Part shown: positions 30,646 through 40,091 of the stretch, piece by piece
Layout: each line of letters begins with the position of its first letter
Numbering within the stretch: the stretch's first letter is position 1
Origin: Alphaproteobacteria bacterium
GTDB taxonomy: Bacteria; Pseudomonadota; Alphaproteobacteria; Rs-D84
Reading direction: 5' to 3'
Length of the DNA: 64,000 nt
Assembly (NCBI GenBank): GCA_024402715.1
Contig: JAKSTF010000001.1
Span: 78,924-142,923, forward strand
Made by a program: the position numbers and the translations under genes
The notes under the pieces: model-generated
The model's database searches: none
What the model saw: only the letters and a program-made list of their open reading frames with translations
What the model was told of the DNA's origin: nothing

Positions 30646-30674
30646 AAAAAATCCCATCATAACGACGGGATTTT
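30646..30674. terminator. Bidirectional terminator between rlmN and the OmpA-family gene
   Basis: AAAAAATCCCATC-ATAAC-GACGGGATTTT (one mismatch). Confidence 0.6.
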
Positions 30675-30692
30675 CATATTCTAAAAACAAAA

Positions 30693-31337
30693 TTATTTGT
30701 TTGGAATAATTTTGATTTCTACACGACGATTTTGCTGACGACCAGCCGCTGTAGAATTAGATGCAATTGGATTTGATGGTCCCATTCCCATAATTTCAAA
30801 ACGAGATGACTTTACACCCTGTCCTTGTAAATATGATGCAACTGCATTCGCACGATTGCGTGATAATGTTTGATTGTAATCTAAACTACCAGTGTTGTCG
30901 GTATAACCTGCAACCATAACTGTCGTGTTACTGTATTTATTCAATACCTTAGCTACAGCATTTAATGTTGTATAAAAACCCGAATTAATATCGGCAGAAT
31001 CCGTCTTAAATGTTATATTTCCCGGCATAATTAAACGAATACTATCATCTGTACGTTCAATACCAACACCCGCACCAGCCAATTCTTGACGCAATTCTGC
31101 TTCTTGAACATCTAAATAATACCCAATGCCACCACCCAATGCGGCACCGGCAGCAGCACCAACCAAGGCACCCTTCTTTTTATTTTTTGATACCAATGCA
31201 CCCGTAGCAGCACCAGCAGCGGTCCCCAACGCAGTACCCCATACCGCTTTGGCAGTCTGAGATTCACCAGTATATGGATTTACCGTACAACCGGCCATTA
31301 ATGCAGCAATTGCAGTAAAAGTAATTATTTTTTTCAT
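30693..31337 (-). CDS. OmpA-family lipoprotein with a glycine-zipper N-region
   Basis: Lipobox ALMAGC|T, Gly-zipper GTALGTAAGAATGALV..GALVGAAAGAALGGGIG, and OmpA_C block VAGYTDNTGSLDYNQTLSRNRANAVASYL...RRVEIKI. Confidence 0.88.
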   Translation of the reverse strand: MKKIITFTAIAALMAGCTVNPYTGESQTAKAVWGTALGTAAGAATGALVSKNKKKGALVGAAAGAALGGGIGYYLDVQEAELRQELAGAGVGIERTDDSIRLIMPGNITFKTDSADINSGFYTTLNAVAKVLNKYSNTTVMVAGYTDNTGSLDYNQTLSRNRANAVASYLQGQGVKSSRFEIMGMGPSNPIASNSTAAGRQQNRRVEIKIIPNK

Positions 31338-31393
31338 ATGCTTTCTCCTTTGTATGAATATATTCTAAAATAAATTTTTCCGTTTTTCAAATT

Positions 31394-31953
31394 TTATAAA
31401 TCTCGAATTGAATGATTTTCATAAATGGCACTCTGTTCTGTTTGACTATTTTTTTGTTCTAAAATATCGGTAGCAGCACGCAATTTGTGTGTATTGTTTT
31501 CCGTTTTTATTAAAAAATATTCTTTGGTTAAATTTACCAATTCTTTTTCTATTTTTTCAAAATTTATTTTGGGGTTATCCTGCCATTACAATGGTTGTGT
31601 AGTTTTAAATATATTTTTATCGTGGGTAATAATATTATAAAAATATTCGCGCATTTTTTCCGACCACTTATCATATTTATCACTATTTTTATACCGAAAA
31701 CCTGTTAAAACAATTGAAATCCCAGCATACCCACCCGTACGTCCACCACTTTCACGAGATGGTGTCATAAATGTATAAACGTATTTATCGTTTCCAATTT
31801 CATCATAGTGAAATTCTTCTTTTTTATGACGTGATTATAAAATGACATAAAAAAACTTTTATCTATTGTGTTTTTAACAACATTGTCTTTTTCGTTAATG
31901 AAAACAGCATGTCCATACGGATTTCCATGAATTACAACATCAAATCTTGGCAT
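31394..31953 (-). pseudogene. Unknown-function gene broken by a -1 frame change at an A6 run and by an in-frame TAA (decay or recoding)
   Basis: Track ORFs 31765..31980 and 31586..31768 join if one A is added at 31820-31825 (..NHVIKKEEFHYDEIGNDKYVYTFMTPSRESGG..). After TAA at 31586-31588 the same frame stays open for 63 more codons, to TAA at 31394-31396. Confidence 0.6.
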
Positions 31954-32016
31954 ATACCCCCCCCTTATTCTATTACACATAATTTATCATACTTTTTCTG
32001 GCTTATCAATTGATAC

Positions 32017-32041
32017 AAAAAAGACCGCCAAACAGCGGTCT
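32017..32041 (-). terminator. Intrinsic terminator after tRNA-Val
   Basis: On the minus strand, AGACCGC-TGTTTG-GCGGTCT followed by TTTTTT. Confidence 0.75.
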
Positions 32042-32049
32042 CCAATCAT

Positions 32050-32126
32050 TGGTGGATGTTGAGGGACTCAAACCCCCGACCCTCTCGGTGTAAACGAGAT
32101 GCTCTAATCAACTGAGCTAAACATCC
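32050..32126 (-). tRNA. tRNA-Val (UAC)
   Basis: Minus strand GGATGTTTAGCTCAGTTGATTAGAGCATCTCGTTTACACCGAGAGGGTCGGGGGTTTGAGTCCCTCAACATCCACCA. All four stems pair, the anticodon loop TTTACAC gives TAC, and the CCA is encoded. Confidence 0.9.
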
Positions 32127-32173
32127 GAAAAGCAAATGCATAATAAATCATTTTTTTTGCTTTGTCCAGTATT

Positions 32174-32473
32174 TTATTCTGATATTTTCATATCATTTGT
32201 TGCATTACCCATAACACGATCAATTAAGGCATCCGCTTTAGTTTTAGCATCTTTATATGCATCCATAAAAATCTCTGCGACAGTATCTGCACCACATGAT
32301 AAAATATCTTCATTGATTTTTACACCTAATAAATCATATTTTCCAGACATATCCATAATGCAACCACCATTTGCAGAGATTCCACGAACGCGTGTTTTAC
32401 TCAATTCTTCTTGTGCTTTGCTAACCTTGTCCTGTAATGCCTGGGCCTGGGCCATTAAATCATCAAAATCCAT
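32174..32473 (-). CDS. ybaB: Nucleoid-associated protein YbaB/EbfC
   Basis: 99 aa; MDFDDLMAQAQALQDKVSKAQEEL..V.G.SANGGC.MDMSGKYDLLGVKI is the family signature. Confidence 0.88.
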   Translation of the reverse strand: MDFDDLMAQAQALQDKVSKAQEELSKTRVRGISANGGCIMDMSGKYDLLGVKINEDILSCGADTVAEIFMDAYKDAKTKADALIDRVMGNATNDMKISE

Positions 32474-32492
32474 TATTAAGTCCTTTTTTGAT

Positions 32493-32519
32493 AATATCCC
32501 GCCATAACGGCGGGATATT
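32493..32519 (-). terminator. Strong hairpin between pnp and ybaB (terminator or processing site; weak U-tract)
   Basis: AATATCCCGCC-ATAAC-GGCGGGATATT: 11-bp perfect stem, 8 nt after the pnp stop. Confidence 0.5.
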
Positions 32520-32526
32520 TATTAAT

Positions 32527-34695
32527 TTATTTTTTAATCTCTGCACCAGTATTTTGATCAATACCAACCATAGACATACGTGTTTTACCACGTTTATCTG
32601 CACCTAAGTACCGAACAAATACTTTGTCGCCTTCTTTGATCTTTGTATCTTCAATTTTGGCAATACGTTCACCGGTGATTTCAGAAATATGAACCATCGA
32701 TTCGAAACCATTCAAGATTTTTACAAATAAACCAAAGTCTTTTATCCCAGAAACCGTCCCAGCATAAATCATACCAACTTCGGGTTCTGCAACAATATCC
32801 TTAATACGTGCAATTGCTGCATCCGCATCTTCTTTTGTTGTCGCCATGATTTTTACTGTTCCATCATCTTCCAAATCAATTGTCGTATTTGTATCACGCG
32901 TTAATGCCTGAATAACGACACCACCCTTACCGATAACATCACGAACCTTATCTGGATTGATTTTCATTGTATACATCTGTGGTGCATATTCTGAAACATG
33001 ATCACGTGGGTTTTTAATTGCTTTTTCAATTTTACCCAATATATGCATACGACCATCTTTAGCTTGTGCCAATGCACGTTCCATAATTTCAAATGTTATA
33101 GATGTAATTTTAATATCCATCTGCAATGCGGTAATACCATCTTTAGTACCTGTAACCTTAAAGTCCATGTCACCTAAATGGTCTTCATCGCCCAAGATAT
33201 CTGTCAAAATCGCATAATCATCACCTTCTTTGATTAAGCCCATTGCGATACCTGCAACAGGACGTGTTAATGGAACACCACCATCCATCATTGCCAATGT
33301 TGCACCACATGTTGTTGCCATTGATGACGAACCGTTAGATTCCAAAATATCGGAAACAACACGAATAACATAATCAAATTTTTCACGGCTTGGAACCATA
33401 GGATGCAATGCACGCCATGCCAAATTACCATGTCCCAATTCACGACGACCTGGTGATTTTAATCCTTTGCATTCACCAACAGAATAACCTGGGAAGTTAT
33501 AATTTAAAATAAAATCACGTTCTTCTGCACCATCTAAACCTTCTAATGGTAGGGCATCTTTGCCACCACCCAATGTTAATGATACCAATGCCTGTGTTTC
33601 GCCACGGGTAAATAATGCGGAACCATGTGCACGCGGTAATACACCTAATTCAATTTCAATCGGACGAACTGTCTTTGTATCACGTCCATCGATACGTGGT
33701 TTACCATTCAATATATTGCCACGCATAATACGTGCTGTTATATTTTCAACAATTTCATCTGCAAACGATTCCAATGTTGATTTTGCAACTGTTGTATCTG
33801 GGAATAATTCTGTGATACGCGCCTTGGCCTGTGAATGAATATCCGCCAATGTATCCAAACGAACTAATTTTTCTTTGATTAATAATGCCTCTTCAATTGC
33901 TGGTGCAAACTGTTCAAAGTCTGATTCCATTGCAATATATTCTGATGTTTTTTCAGGTGTTGCCCAACGTTCTTTGCCTGCTTTGGCCGTTAATTCATTA
34001 ATTGCACGAATAACCGTCTGTTGTGCATCAAAACCAAATTTAACCGCACCCAACGTTGTTTTTTCATCTAATTCACCAATTTCTGATTCAACCATCAAAA
34101 CACCATCTTTGGTTGCAGCAACAACTAAATCCATCTGTGATTCTTCAACCTGTTTTTTAGATGGATTCAAAATATATTTGCCGTCTGCATATCCCACACG
34201 TGCCGCTCCAATTGGTCCTGCAAATGGAACACCAGACAACGCCAATGCTGCAGACGAAGCAATCATAGACAAAACATCTGGTTGGTTCTTTTTATCATAT
34301 GAAAAAACCTGTGCAATTATTTGAACCTTATTCTTAAATGTTTCTGGGAACAATGGTCGAATTGGACGATCAATCAAACGTGCAATCAATGTTTCAGAAA
34401 CACTGGCTTTACCTTCACGTCTATCACGCGAACCTGGAATACGACCAGCAGATGCGAATTTTTCTTGGTAATCAACCGTTAATGGGAAAAAATCTTGCCC
34501 TTCAACTGCAGATTTTTCTGCACATACGGTTGCCAAAACCATTGTACCACCCATTGTTGCTAATACGGCACCATTTGCCTGTTTTGCCATACGCCCTGTT
34601 TCCAAACGTAATACTTCATCACCGTATGGAACCTCTACAACAATCGGATTATTCAGATGTGTTTCACCATCTTTACCAAATAAACCAAATAACAT
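32527..34695 (-). CDS. pnp: Polyribonucleotide nucleotidyltransferase (PNPase)
   Basis: Two RNase PH domains, then a KH (VIGKGGVVIQALT) and an S1 (GMIYAGTVSGIKDFGLFVKI) domain; 722 aa. Confidence 0.97.
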   Translation of the reverse strand: MLFGLFGKDGETHLNNPIVVEVPYGDEVLRLETGRMAKQANGAVLATMGGTMVLATVCAEKSAVEGQDFFPLTVDYQEKFASAGRIPGSRDRREGKASVSETLIARLIDRPIRPLFPETFKNKVQIIAQVFSYDKKNQPDVLSMIASSAALALSGVPFAGPIGAARVGYADGKYILNPSKKQVEESQMDLVVAATKDGVLMVESEIGELDEKTTLGAVKFGFDAQQTVIRAINELTAKAGKERWATPEKTSEYIAMESDFEQFAPAIEEALLIKEKLVRLDTLADIHSQAKARITELFPDTTVAKSTLESFADEIVENITARIMRGNILNGKPRIDGRDTKTVRPIEIELGVLPRAHGSALFTRGETQALVSLTLGGGKDALPLEGLDGAEERDFILNYNFPGYSVGECKGLKSPGRRELGHGNLAWRALHPMVPSREKFDYVIRVVSDILESNGSSSMATTCGATLAMMDGGVPLTRPVAGIAMGLIKEGDDYAILTDILGDEDHLGDMDFKVTGTKDGITALQMDIKITSITFEIMERALAQAKDGRMHILGKIEKAIKNPRDHVSEYAPQMYTMKINPDKVRDVIGKGGVVIQALTRDTNTTIDLEDDGTVKIMATTKEDADAAIARIKDIVAEPEVGMIYAGTVSGIKDFGLFVKILNGFESMVHISEITGERIAKIEDTKIKEGDKVFVRYLGADKRGKTRMSMVGIDQNTGAEIKK

Positions 34696-34856
34696 TTATT
34701 TTTCTCCATATTTAATTGTTAATATAAAACACGAAGAAAAATCATTCGTTATTGCATTCCGATTAAAAATGCAAAAATGAATAATTAATCCCCCGTGCTA
34801 TACGAATTATAAATAATATTTACCTGTTTGCAAATATTTTCAGTAAAAAACAACTA

Positions 34857-36098
34857 TTACTTATGTTTATACGCCAAAACATACGGAACCAATTTTTCTA
34901 TTGGTGCGTTAAATAACCATGTACGTGGGATAACAATACTGTTATGCTGACCCGCAGATAATTTTGGCAATATTTCATGATTTTTTGCATTTATTATTTG
35001 TGATAACTTAACCGTATATTTATCACCATACGGCAATATAAATGTTATTTCATCGCCAGAATAAATTTCATTTCGTAATTCTAATGTTATTTCAGATGAA
35101 TTTATATTTGTAATTACACCGATGGCATGATAATCGGATGTACTGCGTGCTGTTTCATAATTATGTGCCGCCGGTCCTAATGGGCCATCAAAAAATGCAG
35201 TTGTATATCCACGCGTTTCTAATTTTTCTAAATCCGCCATAAATGGCATTGGGTTAAAATTATCGGGATTTACAGCATACGCATCCATTGCACTGCGGTA
35301 TGCATGAACAACACTACCAACATAATATTCGCTGCGGTTGCGCCCCTCGATTTTTAATGAATCTGCGCCCGATGAAATAACGTCTGCTAATTTTGGCATT
35401 AAACATAAATCACGCGAATTCATTATGTATGCACCACGTTCATCTTCATCGATCGGCATTTCAATACCTGTTTCACGTTCACGTAATAAAATATCATACT
35501 TCCAACGACACAATTGAGCACATGCCCCCCGATTTGCTGGACGTCCTGTAATAAAATTCGATAACAAACAACGACCAGAATAACTCATACACATCGCACC
35601 GTGGATAAATATTTCTAATTTTATATCTGGGCATGCACTACGAATGGTTTTAAACTCAGAATGTGAAACTTCGCGTGCTAAAACACACAAAGCAGCACCA
35701 GCATTTTGCCAAAACTTAACAGATGCAGCTGAACAAATATTTGCCTGGGTTGAAACATGTAATGGCATATTTGGGTGATTTTCATGTACCCACATCATAA
35801 CACCAGGGTCTGCTACAATCAATGCATCTGGGGACAAATAATTTATGATTTCACTGACACGTGACATATTTGCATATTCATGATCATGTGCAAATAAATT
35901 AAATGCCAGATAAACTTTTTTTCCAGCAGCATGTGCTAATTCTATACCCTGCTTTACCTCATCAACTGTGATTTTAGCACGTGCCCGCATTGAAAATCCA
36001 GGTAAACCGGCATATATTGCATCCGCACCGTATAATATTGCGGTTTTAAATGCATCTAATGTCCCGGCCGGTGCCAACAATTCAGGTAATTTTATCAT
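34857..36098 (-). CDS. U32-family protein (PrtC / YegQ-TrhP / RlhA-type, Fe-S cysteine motif)
   Basis: PELLAPAGTLDAFKTAILYGADAIY; U32 signature EIFIHGAMCMSYSGRCLLS and NRGACAQLCRW. Confidence 0.85.
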   Translation of the reverse strand: MIKLPELLAPAGTLDAFKTAILYGADAIYAGLPGFSMRARAKITVDEVKQGIELAHAAGKKVYLAFNLFAHDHEYANMSRVSEIINYLSPDALIVADPGVMMWVHENHPNMPLHVSTQANICSAASVKFWQNAGAALCVLAREVSHSEFKTIRSACPDIKLEIFIHGAMCMSYSGRCLLSNFITGRPANRGACAQLCRWKYDILLRERETGIEMPIDEDERGAYIMNSRDLCLMPKLADVISSGADSLKIEGRNRSEYYVGSVVHAYRSAMDAYAVNPDNFNPMPFMADLEKLETRGYTTAFFDGPLGPAAHNYETARSTSDYHAIGVITNINSSEITLELRNEIYSGDEITFILPYGDKYTVKLSQIINAKNHEILPKLSAGQHNSIVIPRTWLFNAPIEKLVPYVLAYKHK

Positions 36099-36119
36099 GT
36101 TTAATATTCTGCCCCAATA

Positions 36120-36467
36120 TTAATGAAATGCAAGGTATTTTTTGCCCATGTGTGATTTTGGCAATGGGGTTATGCGTGCCAACACACGCACCATTTCTGT
36201 AGACATATCTATATTTTCTATATCCAAAATATAATGCGGTCGCCCACCACGATATGGTATATCCGAATCCGGTGATATATCATATAACATAAACACAGAT
36301 AACGTTTCTGGTATTTGTTTTACGTAAACAGTATCATCACATATCAGTAATACAGGTCGTTCATCACAATACAGCATATATTCACCGAACATTTTACGAT
36401 ATGAGATATCACCAGCATCTGAAACCTGATCAGCAACAAATTGAACAAAATCTGCACTGGATGACAT
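36120..36467 (-). CDS. TfoX N-terminal-domain protein
   Basis: FVQFVADQVSDAGDISYRKMFGEYMLYCDERPVLLICDDTVYVK matches the TfoX_N pattern (..rkMFGg..ly.dg..f.li.dd.lYlK). Confidence 0.7.
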   Translation of the reverse strand: MSSSADFVQFVADQVSDAGDISYRKMFGEYMLYCDERPVLLICDDTVYVKQIPETLSVFMLYDISPDSDIPYRGGRPHYILDIENIDMSTEMVRVLARITPLPKSHMGKKYLAFH

Positions 36468-37162
36468 TATTTATTTTCCAATAAATTTAATGTTTCTTTA
36501 TTCATTTCTAAATTTGAACGCGAATTCATTACAACATGAACATCCGCACCAATTAAAAAACCTGTTCCATACCAACCATTTAATAAAAATGCTTTGATTA
36601 TACTGTTGCCTTCGTTTATGTCGTTTACAACAATTATTTTTGCGTTTTTATCAATTGTATCACCGTTTTTTATTTTTCGTATTTCGTATGATAATGCGGA
36701 ATCTAATTGCCCACAATTACATTGGGTCAAACCCATTTGTTTGTATCCAATTACCAATAATTCTGATTCATTTGACGTTTTATTTTTTAAGTTAAAATGC
36801 CCACTATGATTTAAAAACCATACAACATCTGATGTCGTCATTTGATGATTTTGCAAACACCATTTTGCCGTTTGAACAGCAAAATATAATCTTTCATCCA
36901 ATGACGGAAACATATTTAATGCCCCATCTGTGATAAAAACGGATTCTGATTCACGATATAATCGAAAGACATGGAATAATTTATTTTTATTCGGATTATG
37001 ATACTTTATAACTGTACGCAAAAAATCATCAGAATTAATCATATCTTTTACAACAGCATTTGTATTATTTGGCGTATATTTACGAAAATCAATCCAAACA
37101 TTTTCACTATCTGAATGTTCAAACACATTATATTTTTTTGTATCGATTAAATGGTAAATCAT
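36467..37162 (-). CDS. Divergent, N-terminally short phosphate acetyl/butyryl-transferase-like protein (PTA_PTB family)
   Basis: By-eye alignment to clostridial Ptb: VFITDGALNMFPSLDERL (cf. LFLTDVAFNTYPELKEKI), GQLDSALS (cf. GPLALDIALS), AKIIVVNDINEGNSIIKAF (cf. ADIFLMPNIETGNVMYKTL), IGADVHVVMNSRSN (cf. VGTSAPVVLTSRAD). Confidence 0.55.
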   Translation of the reverse strand: MIYHLIDTKKYNVFEHSDSENVWIDFRKYTPNNTNAVVKDMINSDDFLRTVIKYHNPNKNKLFHVFRLYRESESVFITDGALNMFPSLDERLYFAVQTAKWCLQNHQMTTSDVVWFLNHSGHFNLKNKTSNESELLVIGYKQMGLTQCNCGQLDSALSYEIRKIKNGDTIDKNAKIIVVNDINEGNSIIKAFLLNGWYGTGFLIGADVHVVMNSRSNLEMNKETLNLLENK

Positions 37163-37255
37163 TATTTTATCCCCATTATATTTTTTTACAAAATTGGTAT
37201 TTTCAGTATGCTAGATTGATTTACATATTGTCAATTTAAATCAGGATCATTGTAT

Positions 37256-37283
37256 AAAAACACCGGCAATTGCCGGTGTTTAA
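37256..37283 (-). terminator. Intrinsic terminator after RNase J
   Basis: On the minus strand, AAACACCGGCAATTGCCGGTGTTTTT. Confidence 0.8.
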
Positions 37284-37285
37284 TA

Positions 37286-39130
37286 TTATTTTAAAATAAA
37301 ATGTACACTGTATTGTGGTTTTTTGTCTGGGCCCAAAGATGCGCGAACAACCTTGTTCGATGCTGTTTGAACTGCACGTATCAAATTATCACGATCTTTG
37401 CGTTCTGATTTTGATAAACCATCAACTGCGCGTGCGATTTCAATTTGTATTTGACGTTTCATAAAACCTGTATCGTCTGTTTCAAATATACCTGCACTTG
37501 ATACCTCTGGTACACCCTTTAAAAATCCGCGTTTATCAACTGGTAATGTTACAAACACTGCACCATTTGTCGCAATTTTTTTACGGTTTTTATAAACTTG
37601 ATCATTAGCACTGCGTTCTGTTTCACCTTCCATAACAACGAAACCTGTTTCAATTGTTTCACAAATATATGGCTCTGCACCGTCACCCAAAGCAATCATT
37701 TCACCATTGTGAACAACCATCATGTATTTTGCACCACCACGTTCCATTGCCATTTTACCATTTAACATTTCATTAATATAGTCACCATGCATTGGAACGG
37801 ATACCTGTGGATGAACTAAATCATAAAAACGTTCTAATTCTGGACGACCGGCATGACCACTGGCATGTAAATGATCTGTATCAAAAATAGTATGTGTTTT
37901 TATTCCCATGCGTGCCAATTTATTATACAAATATGAAACATCTTGTTCGCGTCCCGGAATAATAATTGAACTGAATAAAACCGTATCTGTTGGCATCAAT
38001 TTCATTTCTTTAACATGTCCGCGACACAAACGTGTTAACATTGCAAATTGTTCCCCCTGGGAACCGGTTAAAAATATCGCTTGTTTTTCGGCCGGTAAAT
38101 CTTTTATTTCACTGTGTAAATAAACATCATCTTTGTTTAAATAACCGAATTCAATACCCATTTCACGAAACTCTGGTAATCCAACATATGGAACTGGGTT
38201 TGGATTACTGCGTTCTTTTATCGCGGCAACACGGCCCGCCGCACGTGCAGCCTGGGCGAACATTTTCATACGTGCAATCGAACGTGAATATCCAGTTACA
38301 ATTACCCGCCCCGGTGCATTTTTCATTAGCTCTGTAAATGTTTCACGAACCTGAACTTCGGTTGTTTGTTTTTCTTGACGCTGTGCAGATGTTGAATCAC
38401 ACATACATGCCAATAATTTTGGATCAGAACCAATTTCAGTTAAACGTGCAAAATCGGTTGGATTTTCAACAGGATTATCATCATTAAATGTCCAATCGCC
38501 TGTATGCAATATTTTACCGGCCGGTGTTTTTATTATTAACATCTGGGCTTCGGGAACACTGTGTGTTACATGAAACGTTTCAACTGTAAATGGTGCTAAA
38601 TCCAATGTTGCACCGTTATGGTCAAAAACGATTAAATCACGTCCTTCGGCCAAATCTATTTCAATTCCATGAAATGTTTCACGAATAATTTCTGCGGGGA
38701 AACGTGTGCAATATATTGGTTTTCTAAATTTTGGCCAAATATATTTTAATGCACCAATATGATCTTCATGACCGTGTGTAATAACAAATCCAACAACATC
38801 TTTTTTACGTTTTTCCAACCATGATGTATCACAGTATTGAACATCACCAGCCCCAATTTCTTCTTCTAAGAAACCCATACCACAATCAACAATTAAATAT
38901 TTCCCATTGTATTTGTATAAATACATGTTTTGGCCGATATGTTCCAAACCACCCAATGCCATAAAATACATTTTATCAGAATTATTTTCTTCATTTTTTT
39001 GTATTTCTGCTGTTTTTTCTTTTTTTACCCTTTTTATATCAGATTTTTTTTGTGCAGATTGTTTTTTATCTGCATGTTTTCTTTCAAGTATTTTTACCAT
39101 ACCATTTCCTTTGTCTTGTTTTATTTTCAC
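37286..39130 (-). CDS. rnj: Ribonuclease J with a Lys-rich N-terminal extension
   Basis: Metallo-beta-lactamase motif VITHGHEDHIGAL, beta-CASP region, and C-terminal domain. About 55 Lys-rich residues precede ..MYFMALGGLEHIGQNMYLY. The start may be ATG 39100 (AAAGGAA RBS). Confidence 0.88.
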   Translation of the reverse strand: MKIKQDKGNGMVKILERKHADKKQSAQKKSDIKRVKKEKTAEIQKNEENNSDKMYFMALGGLEHIGQNMYLYKYNGKYLIVDCGMGFLEEEIGAGDVQYCDTSWLEKRKKDVVGFVITHGHEDHIGALKYIWPKFRKPIYCTRFPAEIIRETFHGIEIDLAEGRDLIVFDHNGATLDLAPFTVETFHVTHSVPEAQMLIIKTPAGKILHTGDWTFNDDNPVENPTDFARLTEIGSDPKLLACMCDSTSAQRQEKQTTEVQVRETFTELMKNAPGRVIVTGYSRSIARMKMFAQAARAAGRVAAIKERSNPNPVPYVGLPEFREMGIEFGYLNKDDVYLHSEIKDLPAEKQAIFLTGSQGEQFAMLTRLCRGHVKEMKLMPTDTVLFSSIIIPGREQDVSYLYNKLARMGIKTHTIFDTDHLHASGHAGRPELERFYDLVHPQVSVPMHGDYINEMLNGKMAMERGGAKYMMVVHNGEMIALGDGAEPYICETIETGFVVMEGETERSANDQVYKNRKKIATNGAVFVTLPVDKRGFLKGVPEVSSAGIFETDDTGFMKRQIQIEIARAVDGLSKSERKDRDNLIRAVQTASNKVVRASLGPDKKPQYSVHFILK

Positions 39131-39347
39131 ATCGCCCCGAAATTCATTGCCAATAAAGATTTTTCTTTATTTGTAGTGAATCTGGTGGCGATGCCCCAAT
39201 TGTCCCACATTTAAAACGAATACATAACACCATACAAATATATCGTGGGAATACATATTTGCGCATAAAAAGATGCATTATGTATGCGCATTTTCATGAA
39301 AAATTGTACCAGTAAATTATATAATTGCAAGAAAATTCAACAATTTA

Positions 39348-40025
39348 TTACGCCACAATCTTAGACATAAATTCATTATGTGCAGTTAATTCATCATCAT
39401 GTGGCAAAAATTGTCTATATGGAAAATCTGCACCAATTTTTGGATGTGATAAAAACGCATCATGCTGTTTTTTGATTATTTCACATATATCCGGTGCTGG
39501 TTCTGTATTTTCCAGTTCTTTATAAACCTTTGCCAAAATTTCTGCGTCAATTAATGCACCATGTGCATCAGCACGTGCAGTCAATGATATACCATACCAT
39601 TTTGCCAACGCATCTAATGAATAACTTTTAGGACCAAAAACACGATTTCGCGCGATTACAATTGAATCAGATTGTTGGGTACGCGGAATTTGTGGCAACC
39701 CCAACATATCTAATTCATGATTCATAAAAGGAAAGTCAAAATCAAAACCATTATGTGCAACGATTACGCTATCACCAATAAAATCTAAAAATTTGGGGGC
39801 AATCACGGACATTTTTGGTTTATCTTCCAAAAATGCATTTGAAATTTTATGAACCATATATGATTCTGGGGGGATAATTTTACCATCTGGGTTAATATAT
39901 TCATGAAATGTGTTATCTGTGATATGTCCATCTATCATTTCAACGGCCCCAATTTCGATACAACGGTCACCCTTTAAATAATCTAATCCCGTTGTTTCGA
40001 TATCAAAACATATAACACGTGCCAT
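39348..40025 (-). CDS. dnaQ: DNA polymerase III epsilon subunit (DEDDh 3'-5' exonuclease)
   Basis: Trimmed to ATG 40025 (MARVICFDIETTGL, Exo I). Exo II VIVAHNGFDFDFPFM, Exo III HGALIDAEILAKVY. Confidence 0.88.
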   Translation of the reverse strand: MARVICFDIETTGLDYLKGDRCIEIGAVEMIDGHITDNTFHEYINPDGKIIPPESYMVHKISNAFLEDKPKMSVIAPKFLDFIGDSVIVAHNGFDFDFPFMNHELDMLGLPQIPRTQQSDSIVIARNRVFGPKSYSLDALAKWYGISLTARADAHGALIDAEILAKVYKELENTEPAPDICEIIKKQHDAFLSHPKIGADFPYRQFLPHDDELTAHNEFMSKIVA

Positions 40026-40091
40026 CTTTACCCCCATAAAATAACTTTTGATAACAATTGCGATATGCATTATAATCATTGGGTGAATTTA

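Noticed and set aside
33560-34715. Several plus-strand ORFs (92-149 aa) opposite pnp
   Set aside because: Antisense shadows of a highly conserved gene. No start-site signals.
39131-39347. 217-nt spacer between dnaQ and rnj with small inverted repeats (GCGCATA..TATGCGC), considered as an sRNA, SRP RNA or 6S RNA
   Set aside because: No conserved SRP, 6S, tmRNA or RNase P motifs are visible. It is more simply the rnj promoter/5' UTR plus a weak dnaQ terminator.
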